A stretch of DNA of 64,000 bases from Negaprion brevirostris (lineage: Eukaryota): the NCBI GenBank assembly GCA_030324005.1, contig JARDVH010000031.1, forward strand, positions 42,606,239 to 42,670,238. The letters are read 5' to 3'. The notes under the pieces were generated by a model. That model saw only the letters and a program-made list of their open reading frames with translations. It had not been told where the DNA came from and did no database searches. Positions 29,001-41,000 of this stretch are shown here, one piece after another (position 1 is the first letter of the stretch; each line of letters begins with the position of its first letter). The position numbers and the translations under genes were made by a program.

Positions 29001-32000
29001 TAATCCACTCTGATGAGTGAGGGTGTGTCACTGGCACCAAGGGGTGGGTGGGTGAATGGCACTGAAGGATGTGGTCAGTCTGGGTTGTGAGACCACCAAT
29101 TGCTGACACTTCTGGTCTGGGCTCAGGCTTTGAGGAGGTATTGGAGAGTTCGGCTGCTGTTTATGCAACTGAGCTCTGGTAAAGTGCAGAGCATCCAGGA
29201 GAAGAACGTCAGGCGAGAGAAGGAGCGAGAGGGGAGTTGGAAAGTAACAATGTGAATTCTTTTGCCATCTGTTGGCAGAACCAACTTGGCAACATCTCGA
29301 GTTTGACTCAAGGCCCCTGGCATCAATCGAGAATGGCATCACAGACCAACTCACCGGCTTCCACTGGTGTTGTCTTCTGATAGGACGAGGTTGGACTCTC
29401 CATCTCGGTGAAAGAGGCTGCGTTCTGCAATGTGAATTGGTATAACAGTCAACTATCAAACTAACCAGAGGGATAAGGCAAACCCCAGCTTGGCAGGGAT
29501 TGGCAGTATACAGCACACCAACTGTGCACCCACCTCCAGCAGACAATGCCTGGGGTGCAGCAAGAGTGTCCCCATCCACCCCACCTCAAGGACAGATCAA
29601 TATAATTTAATGCACTTAGGTCCCCTGTACAACTCTAACATAAGAACATAAGAAATAGGAGCAGGAGTAGGCCATCTCGCCCTTCGAGCCTGCCCCGCCA
29701 TTCAATAAGATNNNNNNNNNNNNNNNNNNNNNNNNNNNNNNNNNNNNNNNNNNNNNNNNNNNNNNNNNNNNNNNNNNNNNNNNNNNNNNNNNNNNNNNNN
29801 NNNNNNNNNNNAAAGTTGTGTTACATCCCTCCATTGCCACATCTTTGTACTGGTTCTCTAACCCATGGAGGTGCTGCTGAAGTATAAGGATCAGAAGATC
29901 TGCAGACAGAATGAAGAGACCAGCCATACCAACCATACAGATGTGGCTGGAGGTATCAAAAGTTGAGACCAGCAGGGATGTGGTTCCTCGCAGCTGGATT
30001 CAGCCAGTTGAGACCCTCACTTTTTTATTCATTCATTCATGGGTCATGACCATCACTAGCTGATCAGCATTTATTGTCCATTCCTATTTGCCCTTGGAGG
30101 GCAGTTGAGAATCAATTACAATGATGGTGGGTGTCCAGAGTCACATGTAGGTCAGACCAAATAAGGACAGTAGATTTCCTTCCCCTAAAGAATATTAGTG
30201 AACCAGATGGGTTTTTCCGACAATTGACAATGGTTTCATGGTCATCAGTTGATACTTAATTCCAGATTTTTTTTTAATTGAATTCAAATTACACCATCTG
30301 CCATGGCAGGATTCAAACCCAGATCCCCAGAGCATTAGCTGAGTTTCTGGATTGATAGTCAAGAGATAATACCACTTGGCCATCACCTCCGTTTAACTGA
30401 TCAATTAAAGACCGGTTAAAGGGCCTTATCCTATTGCTGCTGGTATTAACTCACCTGGAGCTGGGCCTCTCGCCATGCAGCATGTATGACAGCTGCTATT
30501 CTGGAGGCAGCTTGTCGTATCCAGGAGGGATATTCCTTAATCAGAGGGACTCAGTGCCTGATCAAGGGATTGGACATTGGACAGAGCACTGCCTGCTGGG
30601 AGCCAAACCCCTGCAGTTGCTGTTGACCCACTGCATCGTCTCTCCATGATATCCACTGCACAAAATCCACCCCCTGCCCACATCCCTTATTTTATATCAT
30701 ACACCCACATTCCTTCATCCTTGGTTGTTTCGTGATCCTTGGATTTGGTTATGGGGGAAAGGTGGCTTGCTGTTCCAGCAACAGCCACAGCTTCCGTCAT
30801 TCATAGCTCTGCTAAGCACAAGAGCTGCTACACCTCACTATCTCTGGGTGCTTGATTCCACAGGAAGCCTTGTCATTGCCTGATTGGTAGGTAGTTTGGC
30901 AGGACCATCCTGAAAAGAGGCAGAGCAGGTCTCTTACCTGCTCTTCAGTCAGCTGACAAAACCCCACGACATTGCAACAAGATTCTGCTCTAGGATAGGA
31001 AAAGGCACATGAGAATTGGCGTTAATGGAATGCAAACGGGTGAATAGTTAAGTTTTGAATGTAATACAATGAGTGTTTTGAATAAAATTATTATGAAAAG
31101 GTTTCTTGTTGGTGGCTTTTATTTCAGGATTTGGGCTAACAGAACATTGTGATAGTCTGCAGCAGATGGATTGAAAGGTTAGGAATTGTGGAACAGTTGT
31201 GATGTTAGAATGATATCAAGGAACTGGGCTCCTGAGAATTCATTCCCAGATAGACCTTCTAGAGCGAACAGCCTAAAATACTTCCCTTCAGACTCCTCCC
31301 CCTCTCCACGTGAGTTAATGGCTCAATGTCTGGGGTAGTGGGTGTTCTGTCATAGTAGTTTGATTGTGCAGGATGCAGCAGACTGTGATGAATTTGATGA
31401 ATACTGGAGGGTGCCCAACTGTGGGGTCCAGCCAGCAGAACAGTTAATCAGATGTCAATGGTTTTTCCTCAAATTTCCTTGTTATTGCACAGCTCTCATT
31501 ATTGTTGCACTTTCTGCCCGTGGTTGTATGGTGGAAGGGAGTGATTAGCCAGTTCTACAGCAGGTTTCCCTTGTCACGCAACAACCACCCTCTGGAACTT
31601 TGAGATGGCCCAGAGATGATGGTAGATATGGCTGACTGTCACAGGGTGAAGGCATCATGATAGCAGGCATCCAGCAAGAGGATCATCTCGGCATATATAT
31701 CAACTGAACATTGCTGGAGTGGAAGTCCTTGTGGTTCTGGAACATCTTCCAGTTAACATGTGGACCTCACGTAGACATTGTCTAGTATTGCAGTCTTCAC
31801 AATTGGGAATGTTGACTGCTTGGTGAATCCACATGCTTTCTCTTCCTTCTTCTGTCTCAAGAATGTGAAGACCATGAAATTTCAACTCTTTCTATACAGG
31901 ATCTCTGTCACTTCTCTGATACAGTGATGGACAGCAAACTGTATTTTTTTATGATGTCACCTACTCCTTACTGGAAGAACCCTTGGTGTGGAAATTCAGG

Positions 32001-35000
32001 ATGACAGTGACTTTACTAGTCTTGACAGCAACATCCTTGCCCTGCTGTGCAGCTGCAAGTCAAGTTATGGAAGATGACACTGTTCAGTGACCACCGCCTT
32101 GTTGAAACACAGACACCTCAAACATTGCTCCTTGCTCCTATCAGAAATGGAGAGAAGTATCATATAAAGATTCTTGGTGGGTAGTACCTTCTATTGAGAG
32201 CCATTCTCTTCCCACCTCTGAGCACTGTATTCCCTGTGCTCCATTTCCATTTCATTCTGCAGCACAAGGGGTACTGCAACCATAATCACCAATACTGAAG
32301 CAGGCTTTCTTCTGATAGGCCAAACAACTCCTCCACCACCTTGTCAGAACCTAGCCCCATTTTTTGAAAATCCAAGAGGTTAGTTTCTCCAACAACACAA
32401 CACAGTACTTCCATTAATTCTGAACCAGCAAAAATAAGTCAAAAGCACCTCACCTTGAAGTTAGACGGCTAGTCCTTTAAATAATACTAACAGGCACGTC
32501 CTTTGTGCAACTGAATACTATTTCAGCTGGCGGTGATTGAGAGTTAACTGGACTTTGCAATCCAAAATGCCAGGTGTGCTCCATGTCAGTATTATGTGCT
32601 GTTTGATATCATTATTCATCACTCAGCATACTTCCCCGCACACATGGCCATCTGCATTGGAAGAAGTCAGTACAAATTGCCGACTTTATTCAGTTCAGGA
32701 ATTCCATATTACCAGCTACAGTGGTGCTATGAAAGCCCATTTCACATTCTTTATCCCTGTAACCTGTGCGAGGTGGAAGTGCTTGATGGTGAAACAGAGT
32801 AACAAAAATGTACTTCATTCCCACCACTTAATATGCTTCACCTTGAACTACTAAATTCACTCAAAAATGCATTTTAAAAGTTGTTTTAAAACAACCATTA
32901 ACCAGCTGTTATTCTATATCTGTTCAATTAATACTAGTGAAATTTGGAATTAATACAGATGGCAATTTTGGTGAAATGCAAGTTATTAAAATTTAGAATT
33001 TTTTCAATGAAATCAAGCTGCTAAGATTAGTTTCGATGTGCTATATTTTTAAAAGTGCTTCCAATTAAATAAAATTATTTTGGTCAAAGTTCCCTTATCC
33101 TTTGACAACTTTATCTGAAGTAGTTGCAACTGAACTTCAAAAGGTCAACAAAATGTAATGAACTGTAAAGAGTTGTAAATATTTCCACTTATAAACAATA
33201 TTGACCAGCAGTTGATACATTATTTAGAATCTGTATAGACCCAGAGAAGGTTATTACGTTAATATTTGAAATATATATTTTTAACCAAGCAAACGTACTT
33301 GTTTTAGTCATGATTGAATACTATGCAAGAGAACATATGTCAACTGAACATTTCACTGCTGTCTTGAATGTTATCATGATGTATTTTGCCAGCAGTAGTA
33401 CATCTATCATAGATGGACTTAAAACTTACACAAAATGTACGTTCTCATTAATGATGAGTGGCTAATTCATCTTACCACAGCATAATTAATGTTTTCTCCG
33501 CAGAATAATTTTTCATTGTTTGTTGTGATGCAGTTTCAACATTTTTTGGTACCTTTTCTCTATCTGCATGCCTATCACGATGTCATTTCCAAAAGATCTA
33601 TGTAAGTATTCAACCTGGTTGAATGTTTGCTTGCAGTTTGAATATTCCTTTACAAGGTTGACTTGTAACAGCACTTCAGGACACCAGCATTTGTGATCAA
33701 TCATGTACCAGAACTTTGATAATTGCACATCTTTAAAAAGCATTAAAAATGCACATAATTAATTATTATCCAGTTATTTTACTGTATATATTTTGTTTTT
33801 ATCTATTTTAATCATCTAAAGTATGCAGAAATCTAATGGCTTCTCAGTGGTTTCAAATTCCTTTTTGAATGAAGTTACTGATTTTGCTTGGAACTCAGAC
33901 TCTGTGGCTCTAAAACATATTATCTGTATGCATAAATAATTTAAGAGAAGTTTACAAAAATATTAATGGTATAGTTAACAGTCTTGTGGTGCAATGGGTA
34001 GTGTTCCTACCTCTGAGCCAGAAGCTACAGATTCAAGTAAAACTTGATGGCCATGGAAGCTATGTTCATAATGTATCCAAATAGGTTGGTTGTTAACCTG
34101 TAAATTCTTCTAGGATATGGCAAGTAGTAAAAATAAGTGAGTCTCCTGGTCAGCTATGCTTCCATACTTAATGTAAAATGATGCTCTTCAAACTGTAGCC
34201 TTTTGTAACAGGCTAAAGATCTGTTCCAAGCTACAGAAACAGGCATAAGCATGAGCTTTATCTGCCTTGTTTGTCTCCAGATGTGGGAAGAAAATGAAGA
34301 AGAAGAAGAATTACACAATAGCAACAGTGTAGAAGTGCTAAGGAAGGAAATTGATTTGAATTTTATCCTGAAGGCAGGTAATAGAATTAGCAAATTTCCC
34401 TGCATAGCATTCCCACCTTAGGAGATTTTCATTCTGGGTAATGGTGCTAACTGGAGTCTCACCTTCAGAATGGATGTTTGGGCTCCCAGCCAAGAATGCA
34501 TAATGAAACTTGTCTGAGAGCCCAGCCTTCTATTAGTCTGTTGAAACAGCTGCCAGCAAGGACAAACATTGCTTCATTGAAGCGGTTTCTCTTGTGATCT
34601 GTGATTTATTTCTTAATTGTACAATGTTTAATTACACAAGTTTAAAGGTATCAAGTGCTTATAGTTTCTGCTCTTGATACTTTAAAGAGTTGGTGGATTG
34701 ACACTTTTATAGGATTGTAGTAAAAGCAGTTTTTTGTAAGGAATTTATGAATGAATGACTTTTTATAAAGCTTTTCGCACATGAAATTGTTACTGTAGCA
34801 TTCATTGGTTCCGTGTAGGCTGTATACTTAATAAATGGGTGTTGAAGTGCTGTAGGTTGGCCTGATGAGCCAACTATTTGTGGTGGGTGAAAGACCTTTT
34901 GAACTTGCTTTCGAAAGGTTTCCTCATCCAGACTATAGTTCACAATACCACTGAGGGGATATGAACCAAGATAAATGAAAAGCAGGCTGAACTCCATGCG

Positions 35001-38000
35001 AATTGCAGAGGGCTTGGAGATGCCTATCCTCACAAAGAGTCTGCTAGGTCAGGAGTACAGGGTTTGGGCGTGTAACCTGCACTAGCTCTCACACAACCTT
35101 ATTGCCCACTGACAAGAACTGGGGGTGCCAGGAATGGGGTTGAGAATCGCAGAATCAGTTCCAGGTTGCCATTACTAAAGATCCGCAGTCTCTCTGATTT
35201 TGCGAAAATGTAGCCAATCGAGTTTAATATCTGGGTTTACTGTCAGTGACAGGTAGCTACCCTTTGAAGGTAAAGTTGAAACATGGGGGTGGGAGCCGTG
35301 GGGGAGAAAGATCTCACTCCACGTTGACAGGGTCAATAAAGGAAGATTTCTGGTGGCATTCATGGTGCAATTGGCATGCCAGAACTTGTCATGCTTAAAA
35401 GAGCACAGAATATCATAAAGAATAGGTAGAGATTAGTGAAGCAGAGAGAGTGAAATAAATGTACAGTATTTGTAGTCAATGTATCTCCTTAATTTTTCTT
35501 GTACATGCAACTCATTTTTATTGATTTTTAGATTGCAGATATATTTCAAATAACCTTTTTCATGTTACCTCCAATCTGGATCATCTCCACTATTACAAAT
35601 AAATTGAATAGCATTAATGTTGAATATACTTCTATTATGCTAGGTTTACTGTGAAGTGGAGCTCAAACGAAAAGCACTTGTGCAAGCCAATTCTGATTTA
35701 GCTGCTGCTGCAGAGAAACTTGAGGTTATTAGGAAAAAGCTTGCAGTAAGTATTATGAATTATAATTAACCTCTTGTGAAATATAATTTGCTCTTATAAA
35801 AAGTAACTTATTAAAAGGCTATGCTGTGCATTATCAATTAATTTCTTTATGAATTACTTAAGATTTTGCAGTGTCAGTTTGATCGGGTAAATCTATTTAA
35901 TAGCTACAGTAAGATAAACCCACCAAGGTAACAATAATTCAGTAGCTCTGACAAAGTTTGTTCGTTTATCTTTATATTCATTAAGTATGGTTAGTATGCA
36001 ATGTATACCACAAGGCCATAGGTTAAGTTAGTTACCATGTCATATGCAGAGGCAACTCTGATTGCTGTGGCTAGAACAAGAACCAATTACAACATTGCTG
36101 TGAATTCAGTTCCTGTTAAATGGACCCCGATTCCTCTTGAATGCCACAGTAGCCATTCAATGTTAAAAGCATTGATAAATCATGATTTACTTTCAATTGA
36201 TTTGTTCTGAAATTAAAATTAATTTTAAAAATATTTTCTTCATTTTTAGCATGTATTTCATTTGTATGCATGACACTCATCATGGGAGCTTACAGTAACT
36301 ACTTACAGATTCTGCAGTGGAAAATATTTGTCTATTAACAGCTTCTTGAGAAAATCCTATTATGAATTCCAAATCTTTCCTTAGATCTAGTTTCACTAGA
36401 TATCACTAAATCTATTTATCGTGAAATTATAGAATGATTACAGTTCAGAAAGAGCCTATTTAGTAGATTGAGTCTGTGCCAGCTTTCTGAAAGAGGAATT
36501 TTACTAATCCCACTCCCACTGCCCTTTTCAGGTAGCCCTACAAAATATGTACTTATGGAGATATATATCATGCATAGTCACCATCTCTGGACTAGTAGTG
36601 TAGAGGCTCGGGCTAATGCTGTGGGGAGATGGGTTCAAATTCCGCCATGGCACCTGGTAGAATTTAAATTCAAATGATAGATTTAAAACAATCTGGAATT
36701 GAAAGCAAGTCTCAGGAATGGTGCCATCAAACTATCATTGATTGTTGTTAAAACCCATCTTGTTCACTAATGTCCTTTCGAGGAGGAAGGATGCTATCCT
36801 TCCCAGGTCTGGACTACATGTGACTCCAGACCCACAGCAATGTGAATCTTAACTGCCCTCTGAAATATGCCTGAAAGCCACTCAGTTCAAGGGCAATTAG
36901 GAATAAGTAACAAATGTTGGTTTTGCCAATAATGCACTTAAAATAATCTTATAAGTCTAATATAAAGAAAGAATAAAAAGTATACAAACCTGATGTTGAT
37001 GCACAGTAAAAAAAAGACACATGGCAAGATTTTTAATAATCTACAGTGAAATGTATATTAAAGATCCCATCCCACATGCCAGTGAAGGTGTACAAGTGAC
37101 CTATGAAGGTTGCTTTGTAAATCTACATAATGTACAGCATAAAGGGATTCTACGTGATTTTCTCCAATTCTTTCCTGTTAAGAATCACCTTNNNNNNNNN
37201 NATCACCTTGCTTCTTCTCAGTTGTAGATACATTGTTATGTGGATAATTGAGAATTAAGTTCTTGGAGCTTCATAATTCATTGCGACTATGGGCTGAATT
37301 TTAGTTATGGGGGTCGAGGCCCTATGTTGGTTGTTTTTCTGGGTCCCAACTTCACATTGTGGCAGAACCTGGTGGCCAAAGCGATTTTTATTACGAGCTG
37401 GTCGGTTAAAAGCTAGGGAGCGCACATTCAGTCCAATATAAAAAACAGAAACTGTATGAGGTCGCAAAAATTAAAAGTAATAGAAAAGCTAAAATAATGA
37501 ATATAGAAAACACTGGTAAGAAGAACGTTGGGAAAAGATGAGGGAAAAGAACCTTGTTATTTTAAGTTGTATTTAGATATTTAATTTTGTGGTGTAGATT
37601 GAATAATAAGTATTAAAACTACCCCAAGTTTGCATAGCTTTATTATTCTCATGTTATTGCTTCTCTCAATTTCATAATCTGTGAACTGGCAGCTTTAAAT
37701 ACGCTTTTTTTAAAAATTCTGGCTGAATAATTCTGGAATTTCTCTAGCTCACGATTAAATAGAAAGCAGAATTTTCTACTTTGATGTCATTTCACTGTGG
37801 CAGGTTGAGTATTCCACCCACAACAGTGGTATGACAATGACCCAGGTCAAATTTCTGGATTCAGAGTTATTGACATATTTGAGGCAGGTGTCTCGTTTCT
37901 GCTGGGAGCAAGGGGAAAGAAAACAATGGTTGCCGCAAGCCTCTGATGCATTGAATTAGATTCCAGAGACTGCCATGACTCCTAACTTTGAAAATTTGCA

Positions 38001-41000
38001 CTCCTATCCCTCCACCTACATTTATCTCTTGCTTTCTTTGAAATTATATTGAGAAGCTTGTGGAATTCTGATGGAAAATCTTGCACAATATCTGTAATGC
38101 AAGCAGGACATTGTACCTGCTACTGCATGGCTCAGAGTTTGCATTATAGTTACGTTCAGACTAGAGATATGAGTTTGCCCATCATGGTCCCACTGCGTGA
38201 AGAAGAAGATGAAATTTAACTGGCATTATTCTTCTATGAAGCACAATTGAAAGCTATCATTGATAGTGGTGTTGGATATCTCTGAATTGCAAAAGTGTAC
38301 CCTCCTTACTATGGAGGTCATTGTGGTTTAAGGAGATGGCTAAGAAGAAATTTTTGAACTAAAATGCAACAAAGTATTTCTGGATTGAACATTGTATTAA
38401 GTATTTTAAAATGTTTCCATCCAAATCAGCTATAATCGCACTTAAAGAAAAACAAATATTTAAGAACTCCAATAAACTCAGATTGCCTTAAACATAGCCA
38501 GGACATTTCTAATTGCTGATGTTTCTTGTCCCTTATAATCCTGTAATTTTTTTGATTATTTAGATGCTGAAAACAGAACTAAAGCTGTTATCTTGTTCTT
38601 TTTTAAAAATATCAAAGCTTGTTTAGCAAAATTGTCATTAAGAGAAGGAATTTTATGGGTGTAACTACTTTTGTGGCATGATATTCAAAGGACTGCATAC
38701 ATTCATAGCACCATAAATATTAGAAAATTAACACCTGAAAATGCAAGCCACCATGCCATTGTACTGTAGATTGTGGACTGTTACCTAAGTTGCATCAACA
38801 AGATTCTTTTAAAATATTTCTTTGAAATTATACATATATTTCTAGTTTTCATAAGTGTAGAGTTACTATATCTTTGAATATTGGTGATCTCTAATAACTT
38901 AGTAATAACCAAACCATGAAAAGAGTAACATTTTCAGTTATAACAGAATTCATTAAAATGGAGGAATCTAGTTAAATGCTGGGTATGAAGTGTGTTTTAA
39001 ATTGCACCTGATGATTAAGAACAAATGTACTGGGCATTTAATGTGTAGAAGGACTGCAAGATAATTAACTGGCATGCATAAAGATTCATGCTTTAGACAA
39101 AATTNNNNNNNNNNNNNNNNNNNNNNNNNNNNNNNNNNNNNNNNNNNNNNNNNNNNNNNNNNNNNNNNNNNNNNNNNNNNNNNNNNNNNNNNNNNNNNNN
39201 NNNNNNNNNNNNNNNNNNNNNNNNNNNNNNNNNNNNNNNNNNNNNNNNNNNNNNNNNNNNNNNNNNNNNNNNNNNNNNNNNNNNNNNNNNNNNNNNNNNN
39301 NNNNNNNNTAAAGCTGATCTGCATTTGTGGCCCTGGCAGACATTGCCATAGTGATGTGACACTGTTTGATCATCATGGCACCAAAACTTGATTGAACTTT
39401 CACTTGTTTTGAAAAGGGCAGCGCTTCAAATACAAAGAGATTCAGAGAGAAAATGTAGCTACTTTGAAATTATCTGCAAACATCAAAATATGCGTCTGCA
39501 TTTATTCTAAGACTACTCATATTAATGTGTAAAGAGAAAAGTATATATGCTTTTTCGTATTTAAAATAATTTATAATATCAAAAATAGCACAGATGAGCA
39601 GCATTTTCCTCATATATTTGAAATAGCAAATACAAATTAACATTTATAGTAATTTTATCATTTATGTTATCTTCATTTTAACATCACAAGATGAAGTTTA
39701 AGTTGTGTCCTTTGAAACATGAAAAATGCTTCTGATCTTGATATTATGTTTTACTGGTAATGTACTTATTATCATGCATGCTTGAAAATTAGGCATTAAA
39801 TATTGCACACAATTTGAGGATAGATTTTCTACTTACAAGATTAACTCTGTTTCTATCCCCCACAAATGCTGCATTACCTTCTCAGTATTTCCAGTATTTT
39901 CTGTTTTTGTTTCAGATTTCCAGCATCTGCGGTATTTTAATTATAATTTAATATAATTATATCATTTAAGATAGAAATGAGGAGAAATTCCTTCTCCCAA
40001 AAAGTGTTTGGAATTGTGTTCCCCAGCAAGCAATGGTGGTTCATTGAATACATTCAAGGCTAAATTAAATTTTTGATCGACTAGGGAATCAAAGGTTATG
40101 CGCGTAAAGTAGGAAAGTGGAGTTAAGACAACTGCCATATCAGGTTTGATCTTGTTGAATGGTGAAGCAGACCCAACAAGTTGAATGGCTTACTCTGCTC
40201 TAATTTTCTTATGTTCCGATATGTCTTCAACACTGCTTAAAAACTGAGTCCACAGGAGTAAAAGATTAATCAATCAAGTAGTATTCATCAATATTTGTTC
40301 TTCACTGTCTCCTATTCTCAATCGATGATGATTTTGACCATTTTTATTTCAGCTTAAAATAATTTCAGAAATTAAATGACTATGGGTGTCTTTTTATGAT
40401 GTAATTTCTAATTTCAAAGTTTCTGCTACATAATCTTGACTCCAGTGAGGCTGCAAGTGAACTTAATTACAATTCTTTTCTCTCATGGACAAAATTTATT
40501 TTTTGCTTTGACTGGGAAATTATCCAGCTTTCGAGTTACATAATGGAAGTTCCTACATTAGCCATTATGATCAGCAAACACGTTGGCTGCCTTAGTGAGC
40601 AGCCAATGGTTAGGTGACCAAGTTTATATAATTGCCGTTGGACGTCAAAATGAATTAATTATTCAAATATTATTTACATGAGTAACAAATGAATTTTGCA
40701 TACACAGGAGATACAAGTACAATAGTGCATTTTGAAAGTTGTGGCAAATCTCAGAAAAAATCTGATTTTTATGCCAGGGATATTTCACTGGCAAAAGTTC
40801 TAAGTTCTGCATTTAAAACCAGCAAGAACATGCTGCCACCCAGAAGGGAAATAATTGGTACCAGTCCAAACTAGTTTTGCAGACCTTAAGATGGAACACC
40901 TTTTCAGACCAGCACCAGCACTTTCTCAAGAGTTACTGGTTTTTCCTTCTGGGCCAAAACAGTGTGTTCAATTCTCTCAAGAATTTATAAGCATTGTCCC

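Noticed and set aside
29028-29579. 183-aa minus-strand ORF, and the 27993-28756 ORFs, as stand-alone genes
   Set aside because: The 183-aa ORF crosses the 70-nt exon in the wrong frame; the others are Ser/Leu/Phe-rich translations of the pyrimidine tract, apart from the true 149-nt exon.
24888-35643. A complete nested HCLS1 gene inside the dynein intron
   Set aside because: Only two exons were found; I could not see cortactin-repeat, NTA or SH3 exons on the minus strand elsewhere in the window.
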